Source of the DNA: Amphiscolops sp. MND2022
Taxonomy: Eukaryota
Assembly: GCA_964187785.1 (NCBI GenBank)
Contig: OZ076409.1
Span: 20,648,001-20,712,000 of the forward strand
DNA: 64,000 bases
Direction of reading: 5' to 3'
Position 1 is the first letter of the stretch; every line of letters starts with the position of its first letter. A model generated the notes under the pieces. The model did not search any database. It was not told where the DNA came from and was given only the letters and a program-made list of their open reading frames with translations. Shown piece after piece: positions 46,901-58,900 of this stretch. Position numbers and translations under genes: made by a program.

Positions 46901-49900
46901 TAAATTATTGTTCGCTTTTTTAAAAGTTGGTTGAAAACTTGGTTGTGTTTTTTTTTCAATCCCAATTTCTTTCTTTTGTTGGTAAATATCTAAATGGGTC
47001 GGTAATTTGGCCTAATCCGGTTTAAATTTCGTTAACTGATTCACTCACGGCCCCCAAGTATGATCTTAGTTCTTTTAAAATTTTGGGTTTCATTTTTTCT
47101 GATTTCCTTGTACTTTTTCGATTAGCAGTTTTATCCCCTTTTTTGAAATCTGAATCCGAGCCAATCTATTTCGTTCTTTGCTATTTTACTTTTTTCTTCT
47201 TTGAGTTGTAGCTTTCTACTATCTAAATTTCTAAAAACCTCCCAAACATTTTCTTCACGTTCTTTCTTGGTTCCTTTTGTTACTACTGATATGTCGTCTA
47301 TAAAAATAAAAACGTTTGCTATTTTAATTACAATGTCTTCCATTATTCGTTGAATTTCTGTGGGCATTAGCGTGAGTCCATAGAATCCCGTTTCAAAACA
47401 ATATATGTTGCTAGCTTTTCCCCCGATTATCGCAAAGTTACAGTGTTTGGCTTGTTTGGGATTCAAGAAACTTTGTCCGAATGCATATTTAAGATCTACT
47501 GAGGTGAACCATACTTTTTCTCCCTCTTGGGCTGTAATAGTTTCCGCTAAAGTGTTCAATAAATTGTCTAAATTCTGCATTTGCTATTTTCCCTCTTTAT
47601 ATTTTCGTTCATTTTTCTAGCATCTAATGCTATTTTTACGGTTTTATCTCGTTTTACCATGATAACAGTTGGTTGTATAAAAACGTCGTGTTTTATCTCG
47701 TTTACTCTTCCGATCTGTCCGTTTTTATTAGTTTTTCTAGTTCTTTTTCGAAGGAATTTTGGAGTTGTGACGGAATATGGCGCCCTTTTCGTTGTTTTGG
47801 TACGCAATTTTCTTTAAATTGTGCGTTTATTTCGTGTCCTTTTATGCGCCCGTGTCTTCAAAACAATTCCTTAAATTCTGTGAACAAATTGTTCGGCGGC
47901 TCATTTACACAATTAATTTCACACTTACCAACTTTCGTCTTTAGCTTCACTCCTAAACCCCTCAGCCAATCTCGGCCTATCACAGTACGCGCTCCATTTT
48001 CTGCTACCAGGGCCCTGACCTTGTCCAGCTTTTTCCATCCTGCTTCAACTTGTCAGATAAATGCTCCAAGAAACTCGATTTTATCACTACTGTAATCGAT
48101 ATGTTTCTCGTTCTCGCCCAATGGTTGCAGTTTGTATTTCTTCCCGAACATCTTTTCCACGTGTGCCTTCGTGAAAATGGTGATAGGTGATCCGGTGTTA
48201 ATGAGTGCGTGGAAGGGCTTTTTTTTAATCTTCCTTTAATACAAAAGGCTCGTTTGATGATCCTTTTTTTTCATCAATGTTGACCACTTCCACTTCTTCT
48301 CCTGACTCGTCTTCGGAGCTGCTACATGTAGTTTTCTGGTGGACGGCGTTCACTTCTGGCATGGTGTCTTTTGCTTTGTTTCTCGTTGTTTTATGCGACA
48401 CTTTCGCCCATAGTGTCCCATTTTCCTACAATTTCTACATTGGACGTTTTTCGCCTTGAGATCTTTTAGTGTCCGAAAAAAATGGCTTCTCTCCACATGT
48501 GTAACATTTTTTCGTTTTCTCCACTGCGAACACTGGTTCTTTTTTTATAGTTGTTGGCTTTGCACAAATTGTTTTCTTTTGTTGTGCACGTTGCTCGAAA
48601 GCTACTGCGTTTTTTAAAGCTTCCTCCGTGTTATCTTTTGGCTCGGTGAAAAGCCGTTCTTGTACCGTTGTAATCTTCATATTCGATACAAAAATATCGT
48701 ACACTAACCCGGTGGTTTGCGTGCCAAAGTCACAATTTGCAGCTTATCCATTTAAGGCATGTCAAAACTGCTCCAGGCTTTCGTCTTCTTTTTGCTTCCT
48801 ATTCAGAAACTCATGTGGATTCATCAATTTGTTTCGCTTTTTCTGGAATGCATCGTGAAATTCTTTCAACAGGTCTTTTAGCTTTGTTGCTTTTATGTCC
48901 ATGTTTGGTTTTCGGTCGAGCAGTGTTCTTCTAGCAGCCTCTCCAAGTACAATGTATAAGAAATTTACTGCTTTTTTCTCGGCATTTGATTCTTCAACTC
49001 CTCCCACCAATTCCTTTTTTAGGTACGTTGTTGCATCTCTTGTTAATTCTTTTAACGATTTGGAGGATTTTGCCATCAGTGTCGCCTCAAACAACTCTAG
49101 CCATCGACACCATTCGTGTAGTTTTTCTGTAGCTGCATCTTGCCAGAATACGGGTATGCCCGCTATCGGCTGGTTTTCTGCTCTCAGCGCCATGCTATAG
49201 CTAATGTCTTTAATAAAATAACGTGAGAATAAACAACTGAATTTTAACTTTCTCAGACCACAATGGTAGTCTATCTTGTTTTTTCTAAACACTTTGTTCA
49301 ACTTTGGCAGGTACTTTAGTCAACTTTGACTAACTGCTCTTTTCAATCGCGACTACTACCACAGCCACCCCAAGTATTTCTATCAGCCTTTGCACCTTTT
49401 CTCAGATGGTCCCGTGTCGTTTTCACTGTGGCACAAATCAATTCCCAGAAACATCAATATGAATAGAATTTTGGTTACTGGATGGTCTAGCTCCTTCTGT
49501 TACAAGTTCCAAGAGGTCCAAGTTAGAGAGTGATTGCTCACAAACCGGGAACGGCTCAATTCGGTGCTCCAATTAAGGTTCAACAAGACGGGAACGTCTA
49601 AAGTCGGCCCTATATCTAAGGCTCAAAAGGCGCAAAAGACTTTTTGTGAAAAAAGATCTTGAAATTTTTGATTTGTTTCGTTCAGCAAATGTCGCATAGT
49701 GCCAAAAAATGTAAAAGGGGGACCCTTTGGGCTTTATTAACATGAAGTTGCAAACTTTGGGCTTTATTATTCTGTTGCAAAATATCAAAAAACTCGAAAG
49801 GGGGACTCTTTTGAGACATTAAAAAATATTCGAAAAAAGTCGCACAATGCCGAAAAAAATTGAAAGGGGAGACCCTTTAGTCTCGTCCGGTTTTGTAGGT

Positions 49901-52900
49901 TACGTTAAAAAAGTAAAAAAATGAAAGGGGAGACCATTTTGCACTAATTTCCGCTGACCGGATTCGGCCTTATGGCAGTAGTTTTAATAGTTTCGATTGT
50001 ACGAAAAGTGGCCCAATCAGAGTGAGATTGTAGTCTGACGAAAAAAAAGAAAAAAAACTAACCACTGTAAGAGTCGGGCACTTTTCACTACAAAAGCGCC
50101 CACTAAAAAGAGCAAAGTGTTTGAATATGCGATGTAACAACTATTTTAAAATTACCCGAAGGTATTGGAAAACGTTTTTCGCTATGTCGACACTCAAAAA
50201 CCCATATTTTGAAAAAGGAATGTTGAATTTTGTTCGCAAAAAAGTTTCATACCGACCAAAAAACTCAAAGGGAGACCCTTTCAATTCGCAAAACGCTTTT
50301 TTTCAGGCCAACAGCCATTTAAAAAAGATAGGGATACCCATTGACCATATGATTTTTTTTCGAAAAACAGTCGCACAATGCCTAACAGTTCGTTGGTTTT
50401 TTCCACAAGTTTTGATAATACGCTCAACAGTCCCACAGGACTTAAAAACAACCAAAGATGTCACCATTAGGACTCGGAATACGGTTTTCCCTAACCAAAA
50501 CCTTAAAAAAATCAGAAAAGAATGTCTTCGGTAACTCATACCCTAGGTTACAAATCTTGCAAACTTGCAAAATTCTTCCGAAATTCTTCCCAGCTTTGCA
50601 TTTTTTAACTAGAATCTTACAAGTTTGTACAAGAATCGCAATTTTTGCAAATTTGTCACAATGTCAAACATTTCTTACAAGATTCTGATAACATTTTTGC
50701 AAAAATTGGATCTTTTCGTAATAAATTCTCACAAAAAATGCGATGGGTTATTTCGACCAAAAATTCAAAAAAATCATCAAATTACCAACAACCACAGCCA
50801 CATTTACCGTTTAGAAAGCAGAGACTGCCTCAGGGACCCAGTAAAAGGGCAAAATGGTTAATTTTGACCGAGAAGAATTCACTTGCACTTTTACCCCAAA
50901 AGTTACTATAACGTATTCCGGTAACCCACCACCAACTAATAATGCATTAATTTACACCAATGCAAAATCAGCACACCCTTATACGTCTAGCAGCTCAAAC
51001 TACGACTAAATGGGTAACTCTGGATTCTAAAAAGCATTTTCTTACAAGATCTTACAAGAATTCTTGCCAGAATTTCGCAAGAGTTGTGATTTTTGTAATT
51101 TAGGGTATAGAACAACAAAACTTTAAGTGAGTCCTTTATGCTCGCTAAACGTTTCTTGATGGATTTCTTTTTAAAAAATCAGAAACAAAATCACATAGTA
51201 CCGTAAAAAAAAACAAAAAACCTTTGTTCTTTCGTCTACCTTTGCAAGCATTAAAAAATGGTTCTGTGCGGGTCTCGAACTCACGTTCTTCTGTTTCTAA
51301 GGCCTCATCACCAGGCCGGAAATCTCAGTCACTGGGCCACTTCCATTTGAAATTCATGACCCATTAGAACTTTATAAAAACGGACGTTTCATGTTCACTG
51401 AAGAAAAAACATTCCAGTGTAAGAGTTGTGCACTTCTTTTTTTAAAAACCGCCGACGAAAAACGTCCACAGAAAAAGTGAATTTGTCCGTTTCACAGTCT
51501 TTTCCTCTGATGTCATCTAAATCTTAGGCATCTAATTCTGAGACTACATTTTGTAACTTGTGAAGAAAGGAATATAATCCTCTATAGTAGTGTTCTGAAA
51601 AATTGCAATTTATTTGCGTAAAATTTCAGTTTTCGTTAGCAAATTTCTCAAAAACCAGGCCATTTTGTTAAAATAAAAGATTTGTATTTTCATTGTGATC
51701 ACAACGGTTTTGCTTCATATTTCTGTGATCAATGGTTAAAAAATAGAGAAGCATACTTTTAGCCTAAAATATTGAACTTTTGCACTTACTTTTTCAAAAG
51801 CGAATGATTGTGTACCTTTGAATTTGAACACACGATACGTTATTGCACGATACATAATTCAGCTCTCCTGCAGCTAAGAGTCGCGAAAAACGTACGACTG
51901 GCCGCGCTACAATAATATTTACCATAAGAAACAAGAGGCAGCCAGTCATTTAAGGCGCTGTATATTTTAGGCCGTGCTGAAGACTATTTGAATTTACTTT
52001 TTTATTTTCAAATTTTTATTAGACTCAATAGTTTCACTGCAAGCATCTAAACCTTGATTCAGTCTATTTCAGTCGAATGTAGATCGCTTGCATTCAATCC
52101 TTCGAATATATAGTACTGTGATTAAAAAATCATCATCATCGATTTTCTCGAAATTGGTGGAAATTTTTGAGAATCATCGGAAATAAAAATTTTAGAAGTT
52201 CATCTAGTTTACTTTAGCATTTTTAGACAACAATTGTGAAAGTTACAATCAGCTGATTTTGAACAAAATTGTTTAATCAATCGTTTCTCCAATTTTCGGT
52301 CGTTTCACTTATTTGTTTGGCAAGCTTGATACAAGCCTGCTTGACGGAAAACGTAGCACACGCAACAGAACATGAGTTTTTCTGTCTAATATGTTTTCCC
52401 CGAAAAATTTTTCAGTGGTCCTAGTTTCCAGATATAGCAATGTAACCAAAGAAAAAAGCTACGCCGATTGTTTGCAACCCAGTGACAGAATCGAGAAGTG
52501 CCAACATCTGTTCTTATGATTCACCCCTAATCTATAGTATACTTAGTTAGAGTCTAGTGAGCACTTGACTAGTTAAAGAGAAAAAATGCCATGAAACTAC
52601 TACATGCCCTAGTGGAAACTTCTGGGAAGTGTTTCAAGCTGCTTTCATGCATGCCGGGCTCATTTCTAACAAAACAAGGAAATTCCGGGAGTCTTGGAAA
52701 AACTTAGTAGACTAGGAATTACAATTCACCAAAACAGAACGTATTTCTACTTTTCACCGTCTCGAGGGAAACGTGCTAAACTTCGTGGCACCAAATTGTC
52801 ACCAAATTCAGGATAAGTATTCTAGACGGCTTGATGAGATTCAGTTGAAACAGGCAAATTTTAATGCACCGAAGTTTCCGTGAGTTTTATAGAAGCTTGA

Positions 52901-55900
52901 TAAATTTGCAGGGCAACCTACAAAGCTTGTAAAAGTTCAAGCACTTTCAATCAGACTAAAGATACTAACCAGGAGCACCATGGAAGGAAAGTACCAGTGG
53001 TTTGTTACGTTTTGCATCATTCCAGTGGTATTCGAGAGCTTGCATCACAATATTTTTTGCAGTCAATTGGCCACAAAAGTTGTTGTCTTTACGTAATTTA
53101 GTGATATCTTTTTTAATCCACCTATCATTACAACATTCCTTGACTCGGCAGTAGAAAGGAAGATAGGATAAAATACATTTCACGTTTAGATATAAGCTGC
53201 ACAAAACGAGAAAGTTGAATATCTTCATTCTTATGCCACAATTAAAATTACAGGATTCATAATTATCAATCCATAATGTAATTTATAAGCAGCGTTAGAG
53301 CATTTACAAGCAATATAACATACTTGTAAAACCGTGCGCTTGATAACAATTTTGAAAATGTGCGAACGCTCAAACCTCACCATACATGAAACGTTTCCAA
53401 ATTGTGTCCGTCTGTTACATGTAATTCCTTCTTTTCCTCAGTAACTGTAGATCTAAAACCAACTTCATTTCTACTATAGTCGTCGCTGGATGAAATAAAA
53501 CGCGACTATTTCAGTGGATTCTACAAATGTCAAAGTTTGATAACCCTTCCCAACTATTTGCTAAAATCAATTGAATACAAAATAGATTTGAGGATCTTTT
53601 TCGGTACACTGCGTTTCTTTAGAAAAAATGTCAATTTCTGAAACGTGTCCCTCCCTTTTTGGTTTTTTAACTACTTTTTTCAAAAAAAAAACATTTTGAG
53701 TTTTTTGGAACAGTGCAACATTTTTACGTTCCTCTTTGGATTTTTTCGGTACTATGAAATTGAGAATTTATTCACGAAAGAATGCTTGACACTTTAAAGT
53801 ACTTTTGCGGGCCTTCTACGAGCCATAAGAGGGCGCGCCGATATTTGCCAATCCCAGGTTGTGATAATCTGCCAAGGTTCTAATTAACCGTTGTGTCCAT
53901 TTGAGAAAAATGATCTTTCAAATGTGGGTGAAATCTCGTTTCCTCGAACGTTCTTTACTTCAAAAATAGCTTTTCAGGAACGTTACTTTGAAAACAAAAA
54001 ATTCAATATCAGTTACTGTTTCTTAAATAACACAGATTTGAGTTCTGTGAAAAAGAAATTGGACATAAAGCAAATTGATTTGATTTTAAAAGAAAAAAAA
54101 CTCAGAAACCATGGAATTTCGATCAAAATGAGCCATAGAAAAGTCTAGTGTATTTTACGTACTTTACAATGATTTCTGTTCGGAATTTTCTATCACCGAT
54201 ATAACACAATTTTTCAGTTGCGTTTTCAAAGAAAACGAACGCACACTATAGTATTGACTTTTTTTCAGACAAGCGAACCTGAAGATTTCTATGAATTATA
54301 TAATTTGACTTGGCCTAGTAGTTCCCATCACTTGGTTAAATCGACACTGACAGTTGCTGGGAACCAGGTGTATGTGGTTTCGAATCCTGCGCTGGACCAA
54401 CATTTTCTTATATTTGCAAAAATAGAGGGGACACTAAAGAGAGAAAAAACTTCATTTGAACAAAGTATACTCCCTCCATTTTTTGAAATGTTTTTGATTT
54501 GGAAAAAAGTTTTGCAAGCCTACAGGGTCTTCTATTGGGATTTTCGGCACTATGCAATTTTTTTTGAAAGACAACTTTTTCGAGACAAAAATCAAAAACT
54601 TGGGTTTTTTGATGTTTCGATTTTTTGAAAGCGATATTCAAGTCTCACGAGTACCCCTTCCTACCGTTTCGGCTATAAGTTGGAGCTGCAAATTTGATTT
54701 AAATTTCCGCATAAATTGTCTCCTTGCATATTAAAAATACTCTTTTTGATCTTGAGGGGCACCGAATGGGGCCGTTCCCGGCTTGTTGATATATGCATTC
54801 AAAAATTCCACATCATTTTTGACCATTTCATTCAAAGAGAAAGAATAGTCATTATCAGAAAACGGATATGAAAATTATCTCGAAATCACCCTTTGACATG
54901 AAAACAGAAATTGAGCTAAAAACTGTTTAGGCACCAAAGATTGAACAGAAGCATCACAAAAGTCTTGGAACTTTCCGGAATATATAATAGCCATTTTTTC
55001 ATACACTAAACCGGTAGGTTTAATCTTCTATTGGAATTGCCTCCAAATAAAGCAAAGTATCATTCCAATTTTATGGCTATATATATTCAAAGTTTGGTCT
55101 GATTTCCGAACTCACTCCAAAGAAGGATCCGTCTCAAATCTGTCGAATTTCTTCAAAGGACTTTGTTGAAGTAAACGCAGCCCTATTATTATTCAGTTTT
55201 TTACACAATGTGAGAAAAACGCATCTTTCCATAATTTGTCAAAAACGGTTTGAAGAATCAACAACGTTCATGTAGTTTGAATATGCAACTTTATGCGAGT
55301 TTTACTTCCAAACAAGGCGGTACATGTATATTGGTTGTTTTGACTTCTTGGTTCACAGCTACGTGAGGTTTTTTGTGGACCCCTTTTTTATGTTGACAAA
55401 GGCTGGCATGTTATTAACATGCATTTCGACTTAAAACGTCATCCATTTGTTTTTTCTTACATTTTTTGTGATTTTTCCATATATTTTGGAAACAAGCAAC
55501 CGAGTCTTGCGAGTGCAAAGGTTTCAATTTGAATTTAATCTTGCTGACGTCGTTTAGTTTTGCCGTCATTTGGCTTGGAACAAAAGATTTCGACATTCGG
55601 ATTCTCTTAGGGCAAGTTGAGTGACGGACTTGGAGTAGAAAAAGCAGAAACACACTACAGACAACTCAATTAGTAATTGTCGTTTCATTAATGATTGGAA
55701 TACAAGACGACCGCTGAGCAGCGAGCTATTTTCCGCCCCAAACTGTTCTATAACTATATAAATTTGAGGCTCAAGAATAGCCAATGCACTATGAAAAAAT
55801 TTGAAAAAAGAAAGCTTAAGTCATTTTTAAGGACAACAACACATAAATTATTATTTCTGCAATAGCTGCCCACTTTTCGTATTTTCGGCACTAGGCGACT

Positions 55901-58900
55901 GACCGCGTGAAGAGAGACTTTTAGAAAACAATTTTCGAAAATTATTTTTTACAAATTTTAATTTTGAGGATTTCTGTAAAGGAAATAAGTTTCCCGAGTC
56001 TCGGGAGTGACCTCTTTGTTACTTTTGATCCTTTGGAACTAATGAGTTTTCTTGATGATTTTGGAGAATGCCTCTTTTCATTTTTGATTTTTGGGTCATT
56101 CTCAGGTTTCTTATTACGTCGGAAACTGCAAAAACGTTTTCCTTTGGAAGGTTTACTCCATATCTAAAGAATTTGCTTCGAGATTTTTGAATATAAAATA
56201 TTTCGCAAAATAAGTCGAAAAAGAATTTTACGTTTTCTGTTTTTTTTTTAAAAATTGATCATGAAAACATGTCTGATATCTTTCCGAAACACTACCGGTA
56301 GCAACACGTTTCAATCCTGGGCCTATGGGTTTTCTGATTGAAATAAATTGTCGGAAAGGTTCCCAAATTGTTACTTGGTTGTCGAAAATTGAGAAAATTC
56401 GGAAATTCTGACACCTTTGTTGTAAACTCGAGGAACTTCATCTCACTTTCTATCCCAAATTGCGTTTTTATACCTTATTGTTTTAACGTTCAGGTCATAG
56501 GATTTTCTATTCCACAAAATTTTTGGGGTTTGAACAAAAATTGAACAAATTTGTCAAAAAACGTGCTTTTTTGTCGTTTGTTGGATTTTAGGGTGTTTTT
56601 GAGGCCATTTTCAAGAACATTGCAGTTATATCTTCAAAGATGTCTACTGGATACCAAGATTAGTCATTACTGAGTTTTTTTAAACTTCTTTATGCAAAGA
56701 AGTAGCTTAAAAATTGTACAAAAAAGTGCATTAAAAAGTTCTTTTTAATACTCAGTTTTTGCCTTATTTTGGTCATTTTGAGTAAATTTTTTGCCAATAA
56801 CAATGCAAATTACTCTTCGAAAAACTAATTTTATCACATTGGGCATTTCGAAGCTTTTATCTCGAAACTGTCAGAAATTGGCAAAAAGTTCGACATTTCG
56901 ACTTTTGGCGGTCAATTCTGAGCCATTTTCCAACCGAAGTCTGCAAAGTTTTTCTCAGGAGCCTACTGGATTATAAGTTCAGTCATTGCTGAACGTTTGA
57001 CAACATTTTGACACCAAAACGATTCAAAAAGTACATGTAAGTGGCATAAAAACAAGATATTGATCTTTTTCGATTTTTCAACTCATTTGGAGTCATTCCG
57101 AAGTGTTTTTGAAGGAAAACGCTCTAACGTGCTCATTAAATAATGTACTGCATAGCTTTTCATCTTTCGTTTTGACTGTGTTAGAATTTATAACGAAAAC
57201 TCTCGGAAATTGTACAGAAATTGCATCGAAACGACAAAAACTTCAATTTTGTCGACGTTTTCTGAGTCAATTGGAGGCATTTTCTGTTACAAAATTTATT
57301 TATCTCTCAACGAAAGCTCATTGAAACAACGAGTCCTTCCATTGTTTAGCGGTTTAATATTCTAGCTACAAACTATATCAATAACTTGACAAAAACTGCA
57401 TTAAAACGTTTAAAATTTAAAAATTTTGTGTTTTTTCTCATTTTGGGTGTCAATTTGAGATAATTTTCATTTACAAAACTGCCTTTATCTCTGCATAAAA
57501 GACTACTGGACAACGTATTCTTACCTTGATGAAAGTTTTCAACTCTCCAAGCCACGGAGGTTGTCGAATTTTTGACAAAGATTGCATAAAAACTTTGAAA
57601 GTTTGAAAAAATTGGGTTTTTTGTCATTTTTGGTGCCCATTTGAGACATTTTTCTTTTATAAAACTGCAATTGACTTTTTGGAAAAACCTACTGGACAAC
57701 AAAATCCTTTCCTTGTTGAATCTTTTTGAACAATCTAATCCACGAAGTCTGTCGAACGTTCGACAAAAATTGCATAAAAACTTTGAAAGTTTGAAAACTT
57801 TGCTTTGGGTTCTTGATCATTTTTGGTGTCAATTTCAGATATTTTTCAAATTGAAAACTGCAATTATCTTTTCATAAAAGACTACCGAACACACGAAGTT
57901 CTACCTTGATGACCATTTTCAACATTCGAATCCACGAAGTCTGTCGCAATTTTGACAAAAATTGCAATAAAAACGTTAAAAATTGGGAAATTTCGGAAAT
58001 TTTGTCATTTTGGGGGTCATTTTTCTTTTGAAAAACCGAATTTATCTCTTCATAGAAGATTATTGGATAACGAATTCGTGCCTTGTTGAACGTTTTCAAC
58101 GTTCGAATCCACGATTTCTATCGAAAAATTGACAAAAATTGCATAAAAACTTTGAAAATCTGGAAGTTTTTGAAGTTTTGTTATTTTCGGGGTCATTTTG
58201 GGTCATTATGGGGTCATTTGCGTCATTCTCAAAAAAGTTCAAAAATCTCTGCAAATACATATCGCACGAAGCTAATTTTATGTGAGTTGAATTCTATGGG
58301 TAACACCCTTAAAGTTGAATATAAATTTGGTGCTTGGCAAATTTTGTAAAAAAAAACCGTTTGATTTTAATATTTTCCTTTCCCATATGAAATATGGGCG
58401 GAAAATAATAACATTCTTAACATCAATAACGTCGATAACATACCGTGAGTTTGTTATTCTCGAAAAGTAAGCCTGATGTTGATTGTAGAGTATTACCTTG
58501 GTTCCTATTGTTTCAGCTTCCTTCGCCGGCCTGTTTTATGCGCCCAACTTCCTGTGGGATACAGTGATCAGTAGCACCATCAACTTGGATGTCTATGTTG
58601 ATCAACTGCTCGAGCCGTAAGAACACATGTTTCAGTTCCATTCCATATATTCCAGCCACTGGTGTCTAAGTTCAACTATTTCACCAGTTTTTGGTTTCAA
58701 GTTGCACTCCTCAAACGGCGCTGTATTTTTGTTCACTGTTTACATGATTATCATTTACCATTTCCAAAATATCCAAAATAGTTATCATAGGTGCTCAAAT
58801 AACGTCTATGCTTTGCTTCAAGAAACTTTAGAGTTATATGTAAAACTTTTGAAATATATATAGATAAAAGTGGATGCAGGTACTAGAGAAACCCAAGATA

